A stretch of 34,769 nt of DNA from an uncultured Deferribacteres bacterium (GTDB lineage: Bacteria; Zhuqueibacterota; Zhuqueibacteria; Zhuqueibacterales; Geothermadaptataceae), in the NCBI GenBank assembly GCA_964014485.1, contig CAXHAT010000078.1, positions 1-34,769 of the forward strand, in the 5' to 3' direction. Positions 17,930 through 26,420 of the stretch are shown one piece after another. Made by a program: the position numbers and the translations under genes. The notes beneath the pieces were generated by a model. It saw only the letters and a program-made list of their open reading frames with translations. It did no database searches and had not been told where the DNA came from. Every line of letters starts with the position of its first letter. The first letter of the stretch is position 1.

Positions 17930-20900
17930 TCAGTCCAAATACCCAAAAGTAATCCCGAAATAATACCGCCACTCTTTACCGTAAGTAATCTGACGATTGC
18001 TGAATTGATCCATCCCGTAGGCTGCGTCGAAAAAGATGCGCGTCGGCAGACCGTAAAAAGAATAGGCGTTCAACCGCACTTGCGTTCCGACGGTTCGCTT
18101 GAAATTATCGAAATCCAGCTTGCCGTCAAAGGCGTCGCCGTAATCCGCGAATACGCCAAGAAAAAGCTTGTCAAATTGCACCGGCCCGACGGTTAAACCA
18201 ATTTTTTTCAAAAGCGGCACGCGGTAAGCCACGGTGCTCTGGATCAATTTGCGCCCTTCCAATGAATAGAACGGATAGCCGCGCATACCATCCAGACCGC
18301 CGCCGAAGAAATTGTAAAAACTATCGATTTCCTTGTCGATAAACCCGCCGCGGACGCGCAGCATGGCGGAATGAGACAACGAAATTCCCGGCAAGTACTG
18401 CCGCACGTCGCCGTGGAAACGATTGAAATAGTGATTATCATAAACTTCTTGCAACGTGCCGAAATTGGTGTTGACCTCAAAATCGCGGATAAATTGATTC
18501 CAGTCGCGATTGAATTCCAGCGTCACCAGTCTGCCGTTGCGCGGGCTTGCGCTGGCGGCGAAAAACCCGCCAATGCCGTTGTACGAATAGCGGAATTGCG
18601 CCGTTTTGCCAATGTGGTAGGCATATCCAAAAGAAAGCGGCTGGCGCTGCACAATCGTGTTGATTTTCGCCGTGTACCGACTGTAAATAAACGCCGCGCG
18701 CAAAGTGTGCTGCGGCCGGTACGGCAACTTATACTCAATCCCGACGTCAATTTCGCCAAGACTGTACCGGAAATCGTCTTCACCTACTGAAGTATGCTGC
18801 ACCTGGCTGTAGGCTTCCAGAAAAAGGCGCGGGCCGAATTTATAATAATCAAACAGCAGAAAAAGATCGTAATCGCGAGATCGATTTATGCCCAAGCCGC
18901 CAAACAAAAAATAGTTATTGAGAATCTCGCCGGAATTGAAGTATGTGCCCAGCTTGGTCGTGCCGTAATCACGCATCACGCGCGGGAAGAACGAAATCGG
19001 GCTGAAGACGCTTTTGTAACGCTCAGTCTCATAGTTCGGCAAATTCGTATCGTCGTAATTCGGCGATTTTATTTTGTCGACGTCATAATTCGATGCGCCG
19101 TTTCCATTCGCCCCGTCGTTGTTCTCCGCCATTTGCAGGCTCGGCGCATAGGTCAGGTAGCGCGTGTTTTTATCCAACGGCTTTGCTTGAGAAAGCTGTG
19201 CGATTTTATACCCCGACGCTTGGTAGCGTGAAAAGATCAACTCGCCCGAGTTTCGAATCGTCGGCATAAAGGCGCCGCCGAGAACGTTCGTCAATTGCGC
19301 CATCTCTCCGGTCTCAAGGTTCTTTTTGTAAATATTGAAAACACCGGTTCGATCAGAGCTAAAATAAATCGTGGCGCCGTCATCGGCGAAAATTGCGTTG
19401 CGATGATCGCCAAGACCATCGACGATCGGCGAAATATTCGACGTTTCCAAGTCAAAGACATGGATTTGACGGCCTTCGCCTTTTGTAAACGAGAACAAAA
19501 TCGTCTTGTCGTCCGGTGACCAGCGCGGGTGAAAAACTTGCTCGCCATGTTCAAAATTCGTCAGGCGCTCAATTTCTTTCGTGGCCAAATCCAACTTAGC
19601 GATGTTCTGCGTTCCGTCGCCGTTAAGGACAAAAATAACATTCTCGCCGTCCGGTGAAAACGCCGGGCTGTGGGCGCGTGCGTCTTTCGTCAGTCGCTTT
19701 TCCTTGCCGCTTTTCCGGTCAAAAGTGTAGAGATCGAAAAAGGCGGAACCGTGCCTGCTTGCGTCGCTTTTTTTGGCGTAGATAAATTGATTCTTTTCCG
19801 GCGACCAGTCAAACGGCGTTTCAACGCGCGAGCGAATGACCTCAAGCTTTTTCTTTTCCAAATTGCGTACGACCAAAGAAGTGCGCGAAAGTCCTTCCGC
19901 ACCCATCGTGGCGAGATAAGCGATTTCATTTTCACCCATCGCAAGCGGGAAAAAGTTGCCGATGCCTTTTTTCTCAATGAGCTCGCCTTCCGCCAAATTT
20001 TCGCTGATTTGCTGCGTGCGAAAGGCGTATTTCTTTTGCAGGTGCGCTTTCCATTCCTGATAGAGCGAACCGCCGGATTGTCCGGTCGCCGCGCCAATCG
20101 CGCCGCCAAACGATGTTCGCGTCAATTTTCGCATGGATCGCGAAGCGCGTTTCAGGCTGGCGTCACCGTGCTTCTTGGCCATGTACGAAACAAGCGAAAA
20201 GCCTTGGTTGTAAGCCATTTCGTTGCCGATGCTGTTTCGCCCGAAACGGCTCATTTCGTCAAAAGTGAGCAGCGAATCCCGCAGGACGGCGGAGCGCAGA
20301 AGCATGTCGCGGTGGGAATCCCAATTGTCGTAGCCGAGACCGGGAACCTGGTACTGCGCCACGCCCTCGGCAAACCAGCTTGGAATCGAGGTCATCAAAA
20401 TCGGGTAAGAAATGATGGTGTTGGGAAACCCGCGCAAAACGTCCGGGCGCGCCTCTTCTTCGTAGGCGATCCATTGAAAATAAAAGACCGGAATTTTGCG
20501 GGTGATTTTGTTGGCCGTTTGCAACTGGATCATGTGGACGAACTCATGCGTCACCACATTACGCAGCCAATCGTGCGAACCGCGCAACTCGAAATCCATG
20601 TAGGTCGCCCAGATTTCAACCTTGTTTTCAAAATAGTAAGCGGCGCCGTTGGAGTAATCGTCGTGGTCGCGAATAATGAAGTGAATATCGCCCTTCGGCT
20701 TGTAATTGTAGAGCGAAGTGATCGGCTCGTAAATATCCTCGGCAATCTTTGCCACGACCTTCCCGGTGCGCTCGGCGCCGTTATGAAAATGGATCTGGAA
20801 ATGATCGGTTTTGATGGTTCGCCACGTGAGTTCGGGGTGGCTGTTGATGTCGAGTTGGGCGAAAAGCAGGGTTGGCGTAAGAAGGAAAAACAGTACAAAG

Positions 20901-21124
20901 GGCGTCATGTATTTACCCGCCCCTTGCCCTTCCCAGGAAGGGATGACTCGCGCTCGTGTTCGCCTTGCGAACGCCCAATTCCCCTCCTGGGAGGGGTTCG
21001 GGGCGGGTTTTGAGCGTAATCGAGACTGACGCGCCGCTGCCCTGGATTCCCGCCTGAGTGGGAATGACGGAGGGAAAACGTTCCGAACTATTTTTTTAGC
21101 TTTTCTGAATCGATCCAAAATCAT
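17930..21124 (-). CDS. Omp85/BamA-family barrel fused to a gluzincin peptidase and a PD40/TolB-like propeller, paralog 2
   Basis: HEFVH plus WFAEGVAQY; PD40 repeats (PAFSPDG, PRWSPDD, YFSSDRTG); barrel motifs GGGLDGMRGY and FADYGDAF. Start is either 21124 (purine-rich RBS) or 20908 (MTPFVLFF). Confidence 0.85.
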   Translation of the reverse strand: MILDRFRKAKKIVRNVFPPSFPLRRESRAAARQSRLRSKPAPNPSQEGNWAFARRTRARVIPSWEGQGAGKYMTPFVLFFLLTPTLLFAQLDINSHPELTWRTIKTDHFQIHFHNGAERTGKVVAKIAEDIYEPITSLYNYKPKGDIHFIIRDHDDYSNGAAYYFENKVEIWATYMDFELRGSHDWLRNVVTHEFVHMIQLQTANKITRKIPVFYFQWIAYEEEARPDVLRGFPNTIISYPILMTSIPSWFAEGVAQYQVPGLGYDNWDSHRDMLLRSAVLRDSLLTFDEMSRFGRNSIGNEMAYNQGFSLVSYMAKKHGDASLKRASRSMRKLTRTSFGGAIGAATGQSGGSLYQEWKAHLQKKYAFRTQQISENLAEGELIEKKGIGNFFPLAMGENEIAYLATMGAEGLSRTSLVVRNLEKKKLEVIRSRVETPFDWSPEKNQFIYAKKSDASRHGSAFFDLYTFDRKSGKEKRLTKDARAHSPAFSPDGENVIFVLNGDGTQNIAKLDLATKEIERLTNFEHGEQVFHPRWSPDDKTILFSFTKGEGRQIHVFDLETSNISPIVDGLGDHRNAIFADDGATIYFSSDRTGVFNIYKKNLETGEMAQLTNVLGGAFMPTIRNSGELIFSRYQASGYKIAQLSQAKPLDKNTRYLTYAPSLQMAENNDGANGNGASNYDVDKIKSPNYDDTNLPNYETERYKSVFSPISFFPRVMRDYGTTKLGTYFNSGEILNNYFLFGGLGINRSRDYDLFLLFDYYKFGPRLFLEAYSQVQHTSVGEDDFRYSLGEIDVGIEYKLPYRPQHTLRAAFIYSRYTAKINTIVQRQPLSFGYAYHIGKTAQFRYSYNGIGGFFAASASPRNGRLVTLEFNRDWNQFIRDFEVNTNFGTLQEVYDNHYFNRFHGDVRQYLPGISLSHSAMLRVRGGFIDKEIDSFYNFFGGGLDGMRGYPFYSLEGRKLIQSTVAYRVPLLKKIGLTVGPVQFDKLFLGVFADYGDAFDGKLDFDNFKRTVGTQVRLNAYSFYGLPTRIFFDAAYGMDQFSNRQITYGKEWRYYFGITFGYLD
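20915..21008. repeat. Inverted pair of CCCCTCC..GGAGGGG-type REP hairpins
   Basis: ACCCGCCCCTTGCCCTTCCCAGGAAGGGA (20915-20943) versus TTCCCCTCCTGGGAGGGGTTCGGGGCGGGT (20979-21008). Confidence 0.8.
21042..21068. repeat. Half copy of the GTCATTCCCGCG/GGGAATGAC palindromic element
   Basis: CTGGATTCCCGCCTGAGTGGGAATGAC differs at one base from 33620-33646. Confidence 0.85.
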
Positions 21125-21151
21125 TCCCTTTCCTGCTCCAATTCGCCGTTT

Positions 21152-24100
21152 CTATTTTACAACGGCAATCTTAAAAATCGCAAACTCCGGCGAGCCTTCG
21201 CCGCGCGCTTCCACCCTGGCGATGTAAACGCCTTCCTGAATATTGTCCAACGGCCACGCCACTTCATTCACGGTATTGGGCGTGCTTGGGCCGGAAAATT
21301 CATCCACGAGCTCTCCAGCCAAATCGATGATCTTGATGCTCACGTCCGCCGCGCCGTTCAAGCGGTAGCGAATCGTCGTCGTTGCGCCTTCCGTGGGATT
21401 CGGATAATTATAAACTTCTTTGACCGGCAGCAAATCGTTTCCCGGCGTTTGCGGCGTTTCGCGTTCGAGATTCGCTCGTGAGTGTGCGGAGTTGCCGCCC
21501 CAGAACGGCCAAACCACGCGGCTGCCGGCATTCGCTTGCTCCAATCGAAAAACGTAAAGAAATTGATCGCCGGAAATCGCCGCCGCTTCAAGGGCGCCGT
21601 CGTCGTCAACGTCTCCGAGACCAAGGGCACTCGCATTTCTATTGCCAAGCGCGAGCGGGAAGTTCATACTTTGTCCGCCGTTTGGCTGCACGACAAAAAG
21701 ATCGCCGTTCCCATCCGGGACAAAAATTTCGACTTGCCTGTCGCCGCCCAAATCGGCAAGCACAGGCTCGATAAATTCCCCGGCGGAATCGTCGCCCACA
21801 GGTGAAAAAATGACCGGAAAATTCTCCAAAAGCGCGCCGGTGAAGTTCAGCGCCCAAACGCCTTCCCTGCTGCTGAAAATCAAGTCCTTGTAGCCGTCTG
21901 CGTCAACATCAGCCACCGCCAAGCCCGTTGCTGCGGCCAACTCTGGCCGCGAAAACATATATTTGGTTTGTCTTGCGACGTTGACGTCAACAAAGGCTAT
22001 AATTTCGACATTGCCCTCCACATCCTTGAGAACAGCCTCAAACTCGCCGTCATTTTCGAAATCGGCGATGGCAATATTTTCGATTGTCGATGTTATAAAT
22101 GCCGGAGTGAAATTTTCATCTGACGCGCTTAAGCTCGCAATTTGCGGCGACGAGCTTGATTCCGAAATGAGCGTTGTGAGCCTGTTTTCTGAAACCGCGA
22201 TTGCGACATTTGGCGCGGCCGCAACTTTCGAAAAGCTGGAAAGCGATCCGAACCCGGTTCGCAATACCCCGTTTAGAGTATACTGATTCAGTCCGCCTTC
22301 TTCGAGGGCGACCAGAATATAATCCGGCGATGGTTGAATCGTCAGAACGTTCGCCCGGCTCTCAAGCTCGGTTTGCCACAAAATATCCGGCGAGTCGTCT
22401 GCGTTTTCATCCATACTTTTGAGCGCGATAAGTTTCGTGCTCCCGGCAATAATGATCTCTTTGGCGCCGTCGCCGTCCAAATCATAAAACACCGGCGCCG
22501 CATGCAAATTCTCTCCGAGATCGAAAAAACGCGCCAGTTCGTACGCCTGCGTTTCGCCGCCAAAAGTAACCGCGTCCTCAAGAATCGTTGGGAAAAATGG
22601 CTGACCTTCCGCCGACCAGGCCAAGATGAGTCCGTCTTTTCTGGCGACGATAATTTCTTTGCCGGGAGACGCGTCGTCAATTTCTTCGATGACCGGCGGG
22701 AAAGCGCCGTCGCCAATATATTTCGGGAATCCTGAAACGACCGCCGCATTTTCATAACGGAAACGCATCACTGGCTGGCTGTCGCTGAAACCGGTCAAAC
22801 GAATGGATGTTCGTGCGCCGGAGTTGGCGTCCGAGGAAGGCAGGGTCTCCGGGCCGAAAGCGACCGGCTCGTCAGGGCGCAAAAATTGGGTGATCACCGG
22901 ATTATCGCTCCACCAGGCGTCTTCCGGCACGCCGTTTTCAGCTCCAGCTCCTGCACTGAGAAAGCCATAAACTTGTCCAATGTCCTGGGCGCCGTCCGCT
23001 TCTTCCAAATCCACGCCGCGATTTTCACGATCAGCATTGATGCGATTGTCCGCTAAATTTTCGCGAATGATTTTTTCGTCGATGTGCCAGATTAAGACGC
23101 CGGAGCCGGGCAGGCCAAAATCGTATTCGTCAACTGAAACGATGACTCCTGCGCTCTCGGCTAAAAGCTGCTCAAAGCCGTCGACCAGCTTGAACTCGAC
23201 CTTTCCGCCTGTTTCGTTTAGACCAACGGCAATCTCGTCGCCGTTGACGTCGCGCTGCCTGTTTTCAATTAAAAAATATTCGTCGGCGCTGATCGGAATT
23301 TTATAGATTCGAGGGGCGCCCGAAGCCTTTGATGCAGCGATTTGATTGAGTTCGCTTGCGGAAACCGCAACCGGCGCTTCCCACCCCATGAACACTTTTT
23401 CCCAAGCACTTGGCTCAGCCGGGAGCAGTCCTTGAAAATTCCCGGAACCTTGATCCATCAATCCCCACCTGCCTACCCCGGACGTACCATTGTCTGGATT
23501 AAACAAACTCGGCAAACCTAGCTGGAAGCCGAACATGATGGTCGCCGTACCAAGCAAGCCGATCTCAAATCCTTCCTGACTTTCGGTTTCCGGGAGGATG
23601 ATTCCGTCAGGGACGAAAAACGATCCGTTTTGCACTTCAACGCCTTGATAGGCAGGGTTGTTACCTCCAACTGACTCGCGCAAGTCGCTCAAATTGAGAA
23701 AGGCCGAAGGTACGTCATTTGGCGTCGGATCAAAATCAAAGCCCACGTCTCGCCCGACTCCGGCATGAAAAACGATGAAGCTGTCAAAGTCAGAAAATGG
23801 AACGGCGTCTTGCTGATCCGCCGCCTGAACCGCATCGCGAAAGAGCTCGCTCAAGCGTTGGTCGCTCAGAGAATCGCCGTCTTCAGGAGCGTAGTGCAGC
23901 ATGTTATTTGGCAATTGATAGGCGGCGTCTTCCGCTTCCGGATAAATTTCCCACTCGATAGAGAGCGCGTTGTTGGAGACTTTTTGATAATAATTGGCGA
24001 GCGCTTGAAGCTGTGCGTTAAAATAAGACTTGTTATGCGGCGGCGGATCGATCACCGGCTCTTCGGCGGGCGTGAGCAAAAATTTGCCGTCGCCGGTCGT

Positions 24101-24334
24101 TTCAGCTAACGAATCAAGCTGAAACTCGACGCGGATCGCCAGAATTCGAACCGTTTGATTGGCGCCGGAGAACCCGAGTCCGTCGGTTTTGGCCTGCAAA
24201 ATCTGGCGTTGCGCGGGCTGTCCGTAAATTTGGAGTTTTGCAGTCTCGTTCGACTTTTCATTCGCCCAAGCAGACGCGGCCAGCAAAATGAAAACGAATC
24301 TAAAAAAAGGTTTTATGAGAATATTGTATTTCAT
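21152..24334 (-). CDS. T9SS type A CTD protein with an M6 (immune inhibitor A)-like domain lacking the zinc motif, plus FG-GAP/VCBS repeats
   Basis: M6-like motifs FHAGVG, QLGLPSLF, GRWGLMDQG, EYFLIENRQ, GVLIWHIDE. At least five DxDxDG repeats. CTD YNYPNP...GVYIARV...KIAVVK. Start moved to MKYNIL (24334); the track's ATG at 24400 abuts a terminator hairpin. Confidence 0.8.
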   Translation of the reverse strand: MKYNILIKPFFRFVFILLAASAWANEKSNETAKLQIYGQPAQRQILQAKTDGLGFSGANQTVRILAIRVEFQLDSLAETTGDGKFLLTPAEEPVIDPPPHNKSYFNAQLQALANYYQKVSNNALSIEWEIYPEAEDAAYQLPNNMLHYAPEDGDSLSDQRLSELFRDAVQAADQQDAVPFSDFDSFIVFHAGVGRDVGFDFDPTPNDVPSAFLNLSDLRESVGGNNPAYQGVEVQNGSFFVPDGIILPETESQEGFEIGLLGTATIMFGFQLGLPSLFNPDNGTSGVGRWGLMDQGSGNFQGLLPAEPSAWEKVFMGWEAPVAVSASELNQIAASKASGAPRIYKIPISADEYFLIENRQRDVNGDEIAVGLNETGGKVEFKLVDGFEQLLAESAGVIVSVDEYDFGLPGSGVLIWHIDEKIIRENLADNRINADRENRGVDLEEADGAQDIGQVYGFLSAGAGAENGVPEDAWWSDNPVITQFLRPDEPVAFGPETLPSSDANSGARTSIRLTGFSDSQPVMRFRYENAAVVSGFPKYIGDGAFPPVIEEIDDASPGKEIIVARKDGLILAWSAEGQPFFPTILEDAVTFGGETQAYELARFFDLGENLHAAPVFYDLDGDGAKEIIIAGSTKLIALKSMDENADDSPDILWQTELESRANVLTIQPSPDYILVALEEGGLNQYTLNGVLRTGFGSLSSFSKVAAAPNVAIAVSENRLTTLISESSSSPQIASLSASDENFTPAFITSTIENIAIADFENDGEFEAVLKDVEGNVEIIAFVDVNVARQTKYMFSRPELAAATGLAVADVDADGYKDLIFSSREGVWALNFTGALLENFPVIFSPVGDDSAGEFIEPVLADLGGDRQVEIFVPDGNGDLFVVQPNGGQSMNFPLALGNRNASALGLGDVDDDGALEAAAISGDQFLYVFRLEQANAGSRVVWPFWGGNSAHSRANLERETPQTPGNDLLPVKEVYNYPNPTEGATTTIRYRLNGAADVSIKIIDLAGELVDEFSGPSTPNTVNEVAWPLDNIQEGVYIARVEARGEGSPEFAIFKIAVVK

Positions 24335-24360
24335 GCGAAGGGCGCTTTCCGGGATTATAT

Positions 24361-24398
24361 AAAAAAGGGCAAGGCGAAATTCGCTTTCACACTTGCCC
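24361..24398 (-). terminator. Intrinsic terminator downstream of porV
   Basis: Minus-strand RNA GGGCAAG-U-GUGAAA-gcgaa-UUUCGC-CUUGCCC followed by UUUUUU, about 30 nt after the porV stop. Confidence 0.75.
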
Positions 24399-24426
24399 AT
24401 GAAACTGTCGAGAAGTCAGGTGCGGA

Positions 24427-25476
24427 TCAGAAGCCGATGATAAGCGAGAAACGCATGGTGTCGCTCAGCGGGTGTCCTTCGCCTGCGGACACGTAGCCAA
24501 AATCAAAGCCATACAATGAGTACTTGATGCCCGCGCCAAAGGTGAGGTATTTGACCTTGCCGATCTTGTCATAGTGATAGCCTGTTCTGATCGCGATTAG
24601 ATTGCTGTACCAATATTCCATGCCGATGTTGGCGATGGTGCGGTCGATTTCGGTACTGAAAGGCTCGTCGGTCCAGGAACTGAAAATCGCTTTGTACCAA
24701 GAGTCGGAGGTGCCGTCTGCGTTTTTCTTGACCAAAACTTTGTCAAATTCGACGGCGACTTTCAGTTGATTAAATTCACTTTCGACAATGCCGTACGCGA
24801 AACCGAAGCGTAGATTCGTCGGCAGCGGATCGGCTTGCGCGGCGTCAATATAGGTGACTTTTGGCCCCATATTGGTGAGATTCAGCCCGAATGCGAGCCG
24901 CTTGATCAATAGATTCTTTTGCAAAATGCCTAAATCGAAAGCAACGGCATTTGCTCGCCCGTCGCCTTTTTCAGAGCCTGCGCCAACGCTGGCGAGGTTG
25001 CTTCTGATGTATTTGAGGTTCAGGCCCAAGCCTGTATTTTTGGCGAGGGTCGTGCCGTAGGAAAATGCAACGGCAAACTCGTTGGAACTAAACCGTCCGA
25101 GTTCAGTCGGATCGCTTTCGCCGGTAATAATCTGTTCGCCAAGGTTGAGGTAAGTGATCGAAGCGCCAAAAGTTCCCAAGCCTTCTTTTGGAACGACAAA
25201 ACTCGCGTAGTCATAGAACAAATCGCTGGCCAGGCTCGGCAGCCAGTTTGCGTGCATTAAGGAAATTTGTTTTTGGGTTTGAAAAGCAAGTCCGGCGGGA
25301 TTCCAATAAGTTGCGGTAGCGTCATCTGCAATGGCTACGAATGATTCTCCCATTCCAGAAGCTCTTGCCCCTGGGGTAATGAGTAAGAACGGGACTGCCG
25401 CTTCACTTTGAGCGAACAATGAATTCGTTGAGAAAATGCTGGCAAAGGCGAGAGTTATTAGAGCGGTTTTTTTCAT
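24427..25476 (-). CDS. porV: PorV/PorQ family outer-membrane protein (T9SS shuttle)
   Basis: AVPFLLITPGARASGMGE...ADDATATYWNPAGLAF, DPLPTNLRFG, YLTFGAG, HPLSDTMRFSL. GGAGG RBS upstream. Confidence 0.88.
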   Translation of the reverse strand: MKKTALITLAFASIFSTNSLFAQSEAAVPFLLITPGARASGMGESFVAIADDATATYWNPAGLAFQTQKQISLMHANWLPSLASDLFYDYASFVVPKEGLGTFGASITYLNLGEQIITGESDPTELGRFSSNEFAVAFSYGTTLAKNTGLGLNLKYIRSNLASVGAGSEKGDGRANAVAFDLGILQKNLLIKRLAFGLNLTNMGPKVTYIDAAQADPLPTNLRFGFAYGIVESEFNQLKVAVEFDKVLVKKNADGTSDSWYKAIFSSWTDEPFSTEIDRTIANIGMEYWYSNLIAIRTGYHYDKIGKVKYLTFGAGIKYSLYGFDFGYVSAGEGHPLSDTMRFSLIIGF

Positions 25477-25503
25477 TGTTTTGCCTCCACTATCTTAGAA
25501 ACG

Positions 25504-25543
25504 AAAAAACCGAATGAAGTAATGACACTTACTCTCATTCGGT
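25504..25543 (-). terminator. Terminator-like hairpin in the porV leader
   Basis: 13-14-bp stem (CCGAATGA-AGTAA / TTACT-C-TCATTCGG, one bulge) followed on the minus strand by a U-run ending 27 nt before the porV ATG. Confidence 0.55.
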
Positions 25544-25751
25544 CTCGAATTGTGCCTACTTTCAACCTTCATAAATGTTAAGTATGAATACGGAACGTTC
25601 AAATTAAATACGCTTAACAGTAAACGCCGGATTTGCGGCGGCGCGAATTATATATTTTTAGTATTCGTATTCAGTTTAACTGTATCGAAGGATGATAGGC
25701 TTTCTCCTGAATCTCGATTATAGCCTTTGTCTTGAAGCAAAAACGTCGGCA

Positions 25752-25780
25752 AACATACGTACGGGCATATTAAATGTCAA
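25752..25780 (-). promoter_or_regulatory. Sigma70-type promoter upstream of porV
   Basis: TTGACA-N17-TATGTT on the minus strand. Confidence 0.55.
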
Positions 25781-25977
25781 GCGAATTCTCGAGGCTCAAA
25801 CTGTTAGAATTAACCTGGAAAATTTGCTTTCAGATCAATTCTGCAACACTCAAAAACGGCTTTTTATTTCCAGAGAATTGTAGCGTTCAAGAACGCTATT
25901 AGCGTAAAAATTAGCTCTGATTTGTTTTCGGAACAAATATGAAACTGCACTAAAGAATTGAAGTTCCGCTACTTCTC

Positions 25978-26358
25978 TCAGCCGATCAATTCTTTGTATT
26001 TTTCGTGCGTCAGCAAAGCGTCCATTTCGCCTGCGTCACTTATTTTAACCTTAATCATCCATCCCGCACCATACGGCTCCGAATTGACGTTTTCCGGATT
26101 CTCTTCGAGATCTTCGTTGACTTCAACGACCTCGCCGCTGACCGGGGCAAATAAGTCGGAGACCGCTTTCACGGCTTCTACCGAACCAAAAGCTTCGTCC
26201 TTGGAAATTGCGTCTCCGGTTTCCGGCAATTCAACAAAGACGATGTCGCCAAGCTCGCTCTGGGCGTGATCAGTTATACCAATCGTCGCAATATCGCCTT
26301 CGACGGAAAGCCACTCATGTTCTTCAGAATATTTGAGGTTTTCGGGGATGCTGCTCAT
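25978..26358 (-). CDS. gcvH: Glycine cleavage system H protein
   Basis: [26 protein letters not shown], lipoyl site [24 protein letters not shown] before MSSIPE (26358). Confidence 0.96.
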   Translation of the reverse strand: MSSIPENLKYSEEHEWLSVEGDIATIGITDHAQSELGDIVFVELPETGDAISKDEAFGSVEAVKAVSDLFAPVSGEVVEVNEDLEENPENVNSEPYGAGWMIKVKISDAGEMDALLTHEKYKELIG

Positions 26359-26420
26359 GCTTTTCTCCTGGTTCAATTGGTTCAGCAAGATCGTCGGTTA
26401 AGCGTCAGACTCATTTTCGC

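Noticed and set aside
19670..21013. 447-aa plus-strand ORF
   Set aside because: Antisense shadow of the Omp85 fusion, with no recognisable motifs. The same applies to other antisense ORFs such as 10903-11658, 26880-27479 and 31581-32270.
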